Below are positions 16,192-26,363 of a DNA stretch of 32,000 nucleotides, piece by piece. Origin of the DNA: Verrucomicrobiota bacterium. GTDB lineage: Bacteria > Verrucomicrobiota > Verrucomicrobiia > Opitutales > LL51. Both the position numbers and the translations under genes were made by a program. The number at the start of each line of letters is the position of its first letter. Positions within the stretch are counted from its first letter, which is position 1. The stretch lies in the NCBI GenBank assembly GCA_021294815.2, contig CP095464.1:510001-542000 (forward strand), read 5' to 3'. The notes beneath the pieces are model-generated. The model searched no databases. It saw only the letters and a program-made list of their open reading frames with translations, and was not told the DNA's origin.

Positions 16192-17037
16192 TTGGTGGAA
16201 GAGACGTTGTTGGAGTTGATGAAGCGTGCGGTCCGGTTTTTAGAGCAACGGGGTGTGCCGAGGCCGAAATGCGATGTCGAATGGATGTTTTCCACCATGC
16301 TCGGATACCAACGTCTGGCGCTCTATCTCAACGGGCACAGGACGATTAGTACTCATCAAAAGCAACAGCTTCGAACGTGGCTTCAGCGCCGAGCACAACG
16401 GGAACCGCTACAGTATATTCTAGAAAAAGTCGAGTTTTACGGCATATCCCTTCATGTTGACCCACGCGTTTTAATTCCGCGACCAGAGACGGAATTTTTA
16501 GTCGATTGGCTGTGTACCCAGCAGGTGCAGCAACCCAAAACGATTTTAGATCTCGGCACCGGTAGTGGCGCGATAGCGATTGCGCTCGCGAATCATTTCC
16601 CGGAAGCCCAAGTCGTGGCCGTAGATATTTCGCCTGATGCGCTTGAGGTTGCACAAGAAAATGCACGTCATCACCAAATTTCAAACATTCACTTTATCGT
16701 TTCAGATTGGTTTAAAAATATTCCGCAGCAGCGTTTTGATTGGATTATTGCGAATCCGCCTTACTTAACCGAAGAAGAGTACGCAACCGCAGAAGCAGAA
16801 GTCCGACAATATGAACCGAAAAATGCCCTCGTTGCTGAGCAAGAAGGCTTTCAGCACCTTGATCAGATTTTACAGACAGCGCCCCGGTTTCTTCAATCAC
16901 AGGGTATAGTCGCTTTAGAAACGGGCATCCTCCATTCCCATATTTTACAAGAACGCTACCAAGCTTACAGGATGACGAAAATCCTCCAGGATCTTACAGG
17001 CCGTGACCGCTTTTTCATCGCAATGAACGGTGGGTGA
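16192..17037 (+). CDS. prmC: Release-factor glutamine N5-methyltransferase (PrmC/HemK)
   Basis: 281 aa. SAM motif ILDLGTGSGAIAIALA, catalytic IANPPY, and PLQYILEKVEFYGISLHVDPRVLIPRPETE. The start is ambiguous: TTG 16192, GTG 16195 or ATG 16219. An in-frame stop lies at 16186. Confidence 0.88.
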   Translation: MVEETLLELMKRAVRFLEQRGVPRPKCDVEWMFSTMLGYQRLALYLNGHRTISTHQKQQLRTWLQRRAQREPLQYILEKVEFYGISLHVDPRVLIPRPETEFLVDWLCTQQVQQPKTILDLGTGSGAIAIALANHFPEAQVVAVDISPDALEVAQENARHHQISNIHFIVSDWFKNIPQQRFDWIIANPPYLTEEEYATAEAEVRQYEPKNALVAEQEGFQHLDQILQTAPRFLQSQGIVALETGILHSHILQERYQAYRMTKILQDLTGRDRFFIAMNGG

Positions 17038-17040
17038 GGC

Positions 17041-17068
17041 TTGCTATCTTTCAAAAAATCATTACAAG
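17041..17068 (+). promoter_or_regulatory. Weak candidate internal promoter upstream of sctS
   Basis: TTGCTA (17041-17046), a 16-nt spacer, TACAAG (17063-17068), 21 nt before the sctS ATG. The -10 is poor, and the gene may instead be read through from prmC. Confidence 0.2.
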
Positions 17069-17089
17069 TAGTGGCTGGATAGGGGTGGT

Positions 17090-17359
17090 ATGGATCAGGA
17101 TTTCATCATCAACATTACGGAGCAGGCGATGTTGCTCGTGCTCATCCTCTCGATGCCTCCGATCTTGATTGCGACTTGCGTCGGGTTAATGACGAGCCTA
17201 CTCCAAGCCCTAACGCAGATCCAGGAACAGACGCTGAGTTTCGCGATCAAACTCTTTTTCACCGTACTCGTCCTGTCGCTTTCGGCGTATTGGATTGGTG
17301 ATCAGCTGATGGCCTTTGCGAACTTCTTGTTTACTTCATTTGCGACGATTATCCGATGA
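17090..17359 (+). CDS. sctS: Type III secretion export-gate protein SctS (YscS/CdsS/FliQ family)
   Basis: 89 aa. LLVLILSMPPILIATCVGLMTSLLQALTQIQEQTLSFAIKL is nearly the YscS block LSMPP.L.A..VG...SL.QALTQIQEQTL.F.IKL. It is less like the FliQ version. Confidence 0.88.
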   Translation: MDQDFIINITEQAMLLVLILSMPPILIATCVGLMTSLLQALTQIQEQTLSFAIKLFFTVLVLSLSAYWIGDQLMAFANFLFTSFATIIR

Positions 17360-18144
17360 ATCCAGGGATCCAATACCTCGGCGGGGTGCTCATGATGATG
17401 ATGCTCTGCCTTGTGCGTCTCGCCGCGGCGCTTTCGTTGACGCCAGTTTTCGCGAAGCAGTACATTATGGGAACGGGACGAAATGTTGTGATCTTAGCGA
17501 TGGCACTTCCGCTATTTTACACGGTTTTCCCGGAATGTCCATCGACGCAGCTTCCGATTTCGATCCTGATTTTAACGATCTGCAAAGAAGTGATTATTGG
17601 AGCGCTTTTGGGATATCTTTCGGGCTTTATTTTTTACGCTGCGGATAGCGTCGGGTTTATTATCGATATTCAACGGGGATCGTCGATGGCGATGACGTTT
17701 GACCCAGTTGCGGGTTCACAGACCTCCTTAATCGGTAGCTTTTTGACGCAGATGATCGCAACGCTGTTTTTTACGATGGGGGGATTCTTGTTCTTCCTCG
17801 GACTGATCTACCAGACCTACATTATCTGGCCGGTTTTCGGGTTTTATCCGACATTTGACGCCAATTTCCCAGCATTTGTGATGTCCTTTGTCGACGATCT
17901 CATGGAGGTTATTTTCTGTTTTTCAGCTCCGATTCTCCTTGTTTTATTTCTCTCGGAATTTGGACTCGGTATGATCAGTCGGTTCGCGCCGCAGCTAAAC
18001 GTATTCTTTATGGCGATGCCGGTCAAGAGCTGGCTATCGATGTTTTTTTTACTGTTTTACTTTTCGTTGCTTGGAGAACTGTTCCACTACTACTTCTTTA
18101 CGCAGAGTAAGATGGCGTTGTTCGTCAATAAGGTGTTTCATTAA
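17356..18144 (+). CDS. sctT: Type III secretion export-gate protein SctT (YscT/CdsT/FliR family)
   Basis: 262 aa, polytopic membrane protein. ATGA overlap with the sctS stop. The position and length fit the S-T-U order. N-terminal ...LTPVFAKQYIMG... resembles YscT. Confidence 0.8.
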   Translation: MNPGIQYLGGVLMMMMLCLVRLAAALSLTPVFAKQYIMGTGRNVVILAMALPLFYTVFPECPSTQLPISILILTICKEVIIGALLGYLSGFIFYAADSVGFIIDIQRGSSMAMTFDPVAGSQTSLIGSFLTQMIATLFFTMGGFLFFLGLIYQTYIIWPVFGFYPTFDANFPAFVMSFVDDLMEVIFCFSAPILLVLFLSEFGLGMISRFAPQLNVFFMAMPVKSWLSMFFLLFYFSLLGELFHYYFFTQSKMALFVNKVFH

Positions 18145-18146
18145 CG

Positions 18147-19238
18147 ATGGGAGAAAAGACTGAAGAGCCGACACCGAAAAGAATCCGCGATGCCCGGAAT
18201 AAAGGGAATATCGCCAAGAGTCAGGACGTTACCTCGACCGCAACCCTCATCGGTGCGTTTTGTTTTGTCGGCCTCGGTTGGGATTCACACCTTAATGATC
18301 TGGCCGAGCTTATGCTCATTCCGACGGTTTTTATCGGCAACTGTAACCTTGCGGACTACAAAGATCAAGTTCTCTGGGCGGTTGTGGCCAAATCGGGAGC
18401 GATCATTACGCCTTGTCTTGCGATGGTTGCGCTGATGGGGCTCATTGCGAATTTTGCGCAAGTGGGACTTTTATTTACGACGCAGCCGATTATGCCGGAT
18501 CTCAACAAGATCAATCCGATATCGAAAGCGCAACAGATGTTTTCGATGAAAAATATCGTTGAGATGCTCAAATCGACGGTCAAAATTTTATTTCTCGGAT
18601 TTTTAATTTATGGTCTCATCAAGAGTGTTTTTGATGACTTGTTGCTCTTGCCGTACTGTGGATTAGGGGGTGTGTTTAGTATTTTAGGTCCGGTGATGAA
18701 GGACTTTGCGAAGCTCGTGATTTTCGCATACATTGCGGTTGCGGCGGTCGACTACGCCTACCAGAAATACAACTGGAAGCAACAGCTTATGATGAGTAAG
18801 GACGAGATCAAGCAAGAGTACAAAGAATCCGAAGGTGATGGGCAGGTCAAAAGTAAACGTAAGCAGATCCACCAGGAGATGATGGAGGAAGACCCGCCAC
18901 AGCGCACAAAACACGCATCCGCTTTAGTCACAAACCCGGAGCACGTCGCCGTTGCATTGCTCTATAATTTCGAACAACCGATTTTTCTTCTACCGATTGT
19001 ATTGGCGAAAGGCGTAGGAAGGGTCGCCGAAGAGATGATCAAAGTCGCTAAAGACGAAGGGATTCCCATTGTCCGGAACGTTCCACTCGCTCACGCACTA
19101 TTGGATACTTCCCAAGTCATGCGCTACATTCCGCGCGAACTCATTCTTCCGGTTGCCGAAGTCCTCCGCTGGGTCAAAGAAGCTCGCTCCCCGCAGTATC
19201 AGGGCCCGCTCATTCGGGATGATGAGGACAATTTTTAA
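18147..19238 (+). CDS. sctU: Type III secretion autoprotease / substrate-specificity switch SctU (YscU/CdsU/FlhB family)
   Basis: 363 aa. The N-terminus MGEKTEEPTPKRIRDARNKGNIAKSQD matches the YscU/CdsU signature. Four TM segments, MSKDEIKQEYKESEGD, the autocleavage region VTNPEHVAVAL (NPEH at 18933-18944, canonical NPTH), and the C-terminal IVRNVPLAHALL...IPRELILPVAEVLRWV. Confidence 0.9.
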   Translation: MGEKTEEPTPKRIRDARNKGNIAKSQDVTSTATLIGAFCFVGLGWDSHLNDLAELMLIPTVFIGNCNLADYKDQVLWAVVAKSGAIITPCLAMVALMGLIANFAQVGLLFTTQPIMPDLNKINPISKAQQMFSMKNIVEMLKSTVKILFLGFLIYGLIKSVFDDLLLLPYCGLGGVFSILGPVMKDFAKLVIFAYIAVAAVDYAYQKYNWKQQLMMSKDEIKQEYKESEGDGQVKSKRKQIHQEMMEEDPPQRTKHASALVTNPEHVAVALLYNFEQPIFLLPIVLAKGVGRVAEEMIKVAKDEGIPIVRNVPLAHALLDTSQVMRYIPRELILPVAEVLRWVKEARSPQYQGPLIRDDEDNF

Positions 19239-19299
19239 GTACTCGTTGTATTTGTAAAATAGTTTACTTTTATTTATTTTACATACAATTGTCAAATTT

Positions 19300-20052
19300 G
19301 TGAGTACGACTAAAAAATTGATGGCGTTATGGGTCCTCTTCCAAGGAAGTTGGGGAATACAAAAAGTTTTAGGGAGTGCCTCGCTATTTCCGGAATCGCT
19401 GATCCAAGAGATCCATGATAATCTCGAGAGCGGTGATGAAATAGAAAAAACTCTATCGGTGATGCGCAGCCTGTTTCGTTTGCATATTGGACCTTACACT
19501 CAAGATAACTTTAACGTTCATAATTTGGCGTTTTCCACACCGGTAATGAAAGTTCTTCTGCGCCAGCAGGCACAAGAAGGTGTGACCAAGGGTGATGATA
19601 TTTTGGGAATTTTGTCATTCTTATGTCAGTTGCCGGTCATTACACTTGATGTTACGGAAGATAGCACGGGCCCTGGAAATCCTGTTAATTTTTTTCGCCG
19701 CATAACGATTTGCTTCCCAGGAGAAGTTGAAAATCCAGCGGCACTCTATCTTCAAAACTCCGGCGATTTGCCGGCACTACGGAATCAATTTGAGGTGAGC
19801 ACCTATGCGATCCCTGAGGACGCGGATACAGACGATGCGATCCGTCAGGTGATTTTAACGGATGGTGGGCGTATTGGCGATGATGATGGCTGGTCATCCA
19901 ACGCGTACTACCTTTCCGATTGGGCCCATTTGTGGAAGCAGGGAGAGCTTCTATTTTTCATTCGCCACCACACGGCACAATCGCTTCTGTGGGTATGTTA
20001 CAACGACAATGGCGACGGATTTTTCCAGGTCCACGATGAGAATGGTGCATAA
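19300..20052 (+). CDS. Acidic hypothetical protein downstream of sctU
   Basis: 250-aa ORF with a GTG start at 19300 (alternative ATG at 19321, MALWVLFQG...). A 61-nt AT-rich gap separates it from sctU. No motif recognised. The C-terminal third is Asp/Gly-rich (DADTDDAIRQVILTDGGRIGDDDGW...YNDNGDGFFQVHDENGA). Confidence 0.5.
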   Translation: MSTTKKLMALWVLFQGSWGIQKVLGSASLFPESLIQEIHDNLESGDEIEKTLSVMRSLFRLHIGPYTQDNFNVHNLAFSTPVMKVLLRQQAQEGVTKGDDILGILSFLCQLPVITLDVTEDSTGPGNPVNFFRRITICFPGEVENPAALYLQNSGDLPALRNQFEVSTYAIPEDADTDDAIRQVILTDGGRIGDDDGWSSNAYYLSDWAHLWKQGELLFFIRHHTAQSLLWVCYNDNGDGFFQVHDENGA

Positions 20053-20099
20053 ATTGTAAAAATAGAGCAAATGTTTCTTGACATTACCGCCAGCGGCCT

Positions 20100-20792
20100 T
20101 TGCATGACGGAATGGAACCGTGCGCATTCGTCGCGTCGCTCGCGCAAGATTGTCTCCACAGTGGGACTTTTACAGAATGTTTTTGGCAGGTCTTTCTTGC
20201 CGTCTGTCCTTTAGCGGTTGTCGCACTTTATCTCAGCATGACGATCGAGTACACGGTTAAGGAGCGCATCCGAACAGCGTGTACGGCGTGTCTCGTTTCT
20301 TGGGGATTCATGGTTTTGACGGTACTTGCGGGACGCAAGGCACTTGAAACTATTGGTGTCGAGTTTAATGCGTTTCAGATCGCAGGTGGTGCGCTACTTC
20401 TTTTGACGGGATTTAGCATGGTCCGCTCTGGAGATCCGGAAATTCCCGGCAAGAACGATAATGGCCAGACGAAGAGGAAGCGTGCGGATATTTCGATTGT
20501 ACCTGTGGCCATTCCGCTCATTTCGGGGCCCAGTGTACTGACGATTATTATTGCGAACCGTGGCACCTGTCTCGACTACTCCTGCTGTATCTCTTGCTTG
20601 TCCGCAGTCACAATGGTCGCCGTGCTCATGTACGGCATTTTGTACCTAACCGCTCGAGGTGCGCAGTGGCTCACGCCGGCAGTCCTCAAACTCGCATTCC
20701 GCCTATCGGGGCTCTTTCTCATCGCGATTGGTGTCCAATTTATGATGGATGGCCTCAAGTCGACCGAGTGGATTTTGCAGCTCGTTAAGTAA
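20100..20792 (+). CDS. MarC-family (UPF0056/NAAT) integral membrane protein
   Basis: The central block FQIAGGALLLLTGFSMV...ISIVPVAIPLISGPSVLTIII and the C-terminal GLFLIAIGVQFMMDGL parallel E. coli MarC. The start is uncertain: TTG 20100 per the track, or ATG 20112. Confidence 0.7.
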   Translation: MHDGMEPCAFVASLAQDCLHSGTFTECFWQVFLAVCPLAVVALYLSMTIEYTVKERIRTACTACLVSWGFMVLTVLAGRKALETIGVEFNAFQIAGGALLLLTGFSMVRSGDPEIPGKNDNGQTKRKRADISIVPVAIPLISGPSVLTIIIANRGTCLDYSCCISCLSAVTMVAVLMYGILYLTARGAQWLTPAVLKLAFRLSGLFLIAIGVQFMMDGLKSTEWILQLVK

Positions 20793-20802
20793 CTTTTTAT
20801 GA

Positions 20803-20832
20803 AGCCTGGTTGATCGATCAGGCTCTTTTATT
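20803..20832 (+). terminator. Intrinsic terminator after the MarC-family gene (convergent with the gyrA end)
   Basis: AGCCTG (20803-20808) / CAGGCT (20819-20824), a 6-bp stem with a 10-nt loop, then cTTTTaTT. Confidence 0.55.
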
Positions 20833-20836
20833 GTCC

Positions 20837-23272
20837 TTAGGCAGCGTCTTCGACTTCGATGAGGCGGCTGATGCCGACGAGTTTGTCGCCTTTTTCGAGA
20901 TTGACGAGCCGAACACCTTGAGTCGTCCGGCCAATGACACGGACGCCTTTGACAGGGAAACGTACCGCTTGGCCGTGTTGGGTTACCGCCATGATCTCGT
21001 CCGTTTCGCTTACCGTTAGGGCTGCGGCAACACCGACTTTAGCGGCCATTTTAATCGCAATCACGCCGTGTCCCGCCCGCTTTTGTAGACGATAGCTCTC
21101 AAAGGAAGAGCGCTTCCCTTGGCCATTTTCGGCGGCAATCAGAAAAGTCGCTGCGTCGTCGACGATTGTCATTGCGACCACGTAATCGTTGTCATAGAGG
21201 GAAATGCCCCGAACACCACGAGTTGCTCGTCCCTGATCCCGAAGCTCGGTCTCGCTAAAGCGGATCGACATACCGTTGTGGGTAATTAAGACGACTTCGT
21301 CAATGCCACCTGAGAGACGCGCCGAAAGGATATCATCGCCCTCATCGACCTCGATCCCAATAATCCCGCCGCGACGGTAATTGGCATAGGCGTTGAGGTT
21401 AGTCTTTTTTACGACGCCCTTCTTTGTGCACATAATGAGGTGTTTTTCCTCGGAAAATTCTGGGAAACAGATCATCGCCGCGATCTTTTCATCGGGCTGC
21501 ATTTCGAGGATATTAACGATCGAACGGCCTTTCGATGTCCGTGCTCCCTCGGGGATTTCGTAAATTTTTTCGACATATACGCGTCCATTCGTCATGACGA
21601 ACATGATATAGTCGTGCGTACTTGCGGAGAGCAGGTTCGTAATTGTATCGTCTTCGTGCTGTCCCGCGCCGATAACCCCTTTACCGCCACGCTTCTGGGA
21701 GCGGTATGCATCGTTGCTCGTACGCTTAATAAAGCCATTAGCGGTTACCGTCACAATACACCCTTCATTCGCAATAACGTCTTCGATGCGAAATTCGTCT
21801 TCAGCAGGTAAAATTGCGGTCATCCGAGGCGAAGCATACACATCCTTAAGCGCCAAGAGCTCTTGTTTGACGACACCCAGTAGGAGCTGTTCGTTATTTA
21901 AAATGTGACGATATTCCTCGATCTGTTGGATAAGTTTTGCGTACTCTTCTTCAATTTTGGCCTGTTCGAGTCCCGTGAGCTGGTAAAGGCGTAGCTCTAA
22001 AATTGCATCTACCTGGCGTTCCGAGAGGGGATAGCGCTTTAAAAATTCGGCTTTCGCAGTCTCACGATCCTTAGATTGCCGGATAATACGGACGAAATCA
22101 TCGAGATTCGCGAGTGCAACTTTGTATCCCTCTAAAATATGGGCCCTCGCTTCGGCCTTTTGGAGCCGGAATTGTGTCCGACGGAAGATGACTTCGCGAC
22201 GGTGATCGAGATAGCACTCGAGTAATTCCTTGATGTTCATCTGCTTCGGCCGACGTCCGTCGAGCGCGAGGAGAATGACACCAAAAGACGATTCCATCGG
22301 CGTTAGCTTCCAGAGCTTATTAATGACAACCCGTGGCGATTCGTTGCGTTTGAGTTCGATTACAATGCGAGTGTTTTCGTCCGATTCGTCGCGGAGATCG
22401 CTTGCTTCGTCAATAACCTTATCGTTGATCAGCTCCGCAATTCGTGTAACGATCGCTGCCCGATTGGTGTTGTACGGCACCGTTGTAATGACCAGCTGTT
22501 CACGGCCATTACTCTGTATTTCAACTTCAATAACACCGCGGTTACGGATAATGCCTCGTCCAGTACGTAAGTATTTTTGGATATTTTCGAGTCCAATAAC
22601 TGAACCACCGGTAGGAAAATCCGGGCCCTTGATAATTCCGCAAAGGTCGTCGACCGTTGTAAGCGGATCATCAATCATCCGGCATAGTGCATCAATGAGT
22701 TCGCCGAGATTATGGGGAGGAATATTTGTGGTCATCCCAACCGCAATTCCCGTCGAGCCGTTCATCAAGAGATTCGGGAGCGCGGAGGGCAGAACGGTGG
22801 GTTCTGTCGTGCTTTCTTTATAATTGGGCTGGAAATCGACCGTTTGCTCGTCGATGTCCTTCAAAAGGTCTTCGGAAATCTTTTCGAGCTTACATTCCGT
22901 GTAACGGTAGGCCGCTGGTGGGTCGCCATCAATGGAACCAAAATTCCCCTGGGGGGTGATGAGCGGATACCGCATAACCCAATTTTGCCCTAAGCGTACG
23001 AGGGTTTCATAGACCGATGAATCGCCGTGTGGGTGATAATTTTTTAAAACCTCACCGACGACACCCGCACACTTATCGAAGGGCCGTGCATTGACAAGTC
23101 CCTCCCGGAGCATCGCATAGAGGATACGGCGTTGGACGGGCTTAAGTCCATCACGTGCATCGGGTAGCGCACGGCTCACGATGACCGACATGGAATAATC
23201 GATATACGACCGTTGCATGACATCGCTAATGTCAGACGGCAGAATTTTTTCAGTTAAAGTGTTTTCGGTCAT
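20837..23272 (-). CDS. gyrA: DNA gyrase subunit A
   Basis: 811 aa. DGLKPVQRRILYAM, QRDR HPHGDSSVYETLVRLGQ, active-site AAYRYTE, and a GyrA-box (SQKRGGKGVIG), which argues for gyrase rather than ParC. The Ser equivalent to E. coli S83 is retained. The D87 equivalent is Glu. Confidence 0.95.
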   Translation of the reverse strand: MTENTLTEKILPSDISDVMQRSYIDYSMSVIVSRALPDARDGLKPVQRRILYAMLREGLVNARPFDKCAGVVGEVLKNYHPHGDSSVYETLVRLGQNWVMRYPLITPQGNFGSIDGDPPAAYRYTECKLEKISEDLLKDIDEQTVDFQPNYKESTTEPTVLPSALPNLLMNGSTGIAVGMTTNIPPHNLGELIDALCRMIDDPLTTVDDLCGIIKGPDFPTGGSVIGLENIQKYLRTGRGIIRNRGVIEVEIQSNGREQLVITTVPYNTNRAAIVTRIAELINDKVIDEASDLRDESDENTRIVIELKRNESPRVVINKLWKLTPMESSFGVILLALDGRRPKQMNIKELLECYLDHRREVIFRRTQFRLQKAEARAHILEGYKVALANLDDFVRIIRQSKDRETAKAEFLKRYPLSERQVDAILELRLYQLTGLEQAKIEEEYAKLIQQIEEYRHILNNEQLLLGVVKQELLALKDVYASPRMTAILPAEDEFRIEDVIANEGCIVTVTANGFIKRTSNDAYRSQKRGGKGVIGAGQHEDDTITNLLSASTHDYIMFVMTNGRVYVEKIYEIPEGARTSKGRSIVNILEMQPDEKIAAMICFPEFSEEKHLIMCTKKGVVKKTNLNAYANYRRGGIIGIEVDEGDDILSARLSGGIDEVVLITHNGMSIRFSETELRDQGRATRGVRGISLYDNDYVVAMTIVDDAATFLIAAENGQGKRSSFESYRLQKRAGHGVIAIKMAAKVGVAAALTVSETDEIMAVTQHGQAVRFPVKGVRVIGRTTQGVRLVNLEKGDKLVGISRLIEVEDAA

Positions 23273-23278
23273 AGTATT

Positions 23279-25816
<2,538 letters not shown>

Positions 25817-25835
25817 TTAGGAATACCAATAAATT

Positions 25836-26312
25836 TTACAGCATTGGTCCAGCGGGCGCTTCTTCAGTGTCCTCTTCTTCGATAAACTGGATTTCGTCTT
25901 TCGGGAGGTCACCTTGAAGGTAACTTGCTATTTTGTCTTTTTCTTGGAGGTTACGCTCGATAAATTTTTCTAAAACTTTTTTGAAATTTTCAAGATCAAG
26001 AAAATCCTTGTAAAGGAGATGTGCCATACCGATTTGCTTATTGTCGGCGTCGTAGCTAAAAGTCATTCCGCCAGAAGTAGGTTGCCCATTTTCGTAAACG
26101 TAGTGTCTCAGGATTTCTTTTCGGCCGAAATCAGGAAGCTCTCCCAGCTCAGAATAGAGAATGAGACCGTTAAAATGCTCATTAAACTTCAGGTGAACTT
26201 GCATATCATCGCCAACCGCAAGACAGCAGTAAGCGTCCTCATCGATTTCAAGTTCCGCTCCAATTTCATTCCCAAAATCCTTGATCACTTGCTCCATTAA
26301 CTCTTTGGACAT
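25836..26312 (-). CDS. Class I type III secretion chaperone (CesT/Tir-chaperone fold, Slc1-like)
   Basis: 158 aa, acidic. The layout MSKELMEQVIKDFGNEIGAELEIDEDAYCCLAVGDDMQVHLKFNEHFNGLILYSELGELPD...GGMTFSYDADNKQIGMAHLL...LENFKKVLEKFIE follows the CesT-family pattern (ligand-naming N-helix, 'D..g.c.l.v......l......l.l...lg.lp', C-terminal dimer helix). It closely parallels chlamydial Slc1 as I recall it, including an unstructured tail. Confidence 0.65.
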   Translation of the reverse strand: MSKELMEQVIKDFGNEIGAELEIDEDAYCCLAVGDDMQVHLKFNEHFNGLILYSELGELPDFGRKEILRHYVYENGQPTSGGMTFSYDADNKQIGMAHLLYKDFLDLENFKKVLEKFIERNLQEKDKIASYLQGDLPKDEIQFIEEEDTEEAPAGPML

Positions 26313-26329
26313 AACCGACTCCTAACGGT

Positions 26330-26357
26330 AGTCTAAAGAACAGAGATTGATTGTCAA
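26330..26357 (-). promoter_or_regulatory. Candidate promoter plus SD for the chaperone gene
   Basis: Minus strand: TTGACA (revcomp of 26352-26357), a 16-nt spacer, TAGACT (revcomp of 26330-26335). AGGAG (revcomp of 26319-26323) lies 6 nt before the ATG at 26312. Confidence 0.45.
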
Positions 26358-26363
26358 TAAATC

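Noticed and set aside
16152-16349. 65-aa alternative-frame ORF (TTG start) overlapping the prmC 5' end
   Set aside because: It lies out of frame with the well-supported PrmC sequence and has no motif. It is probably spurious.
17090-19238. Reading S-T-U as flagellar fliQ-fliR-flhB, given the FliO-like neighbour
   Set aside because: The SctS core (LSMPP..QALTQIQEQTL.F.IKL) and the SctU N-terminus (MGEKTE.PTPKR.RDAR.KG..AKSQD) match the YscS/YscU/CdsU versions better than the FliQ/FlhB versions I recall. No other flagellar genes are in the window. This is not fully excluded without a phylogeny.
19240-19307. 6-bp inverted repeat GTACTC...GAGTAC flanking the sctU/ORF250 spacer
   Set aside because: The arms are only 6 bp, are about 56 nt apart and enclose AT-rich sequence. 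This is not a credible hairpin or operator by itself.
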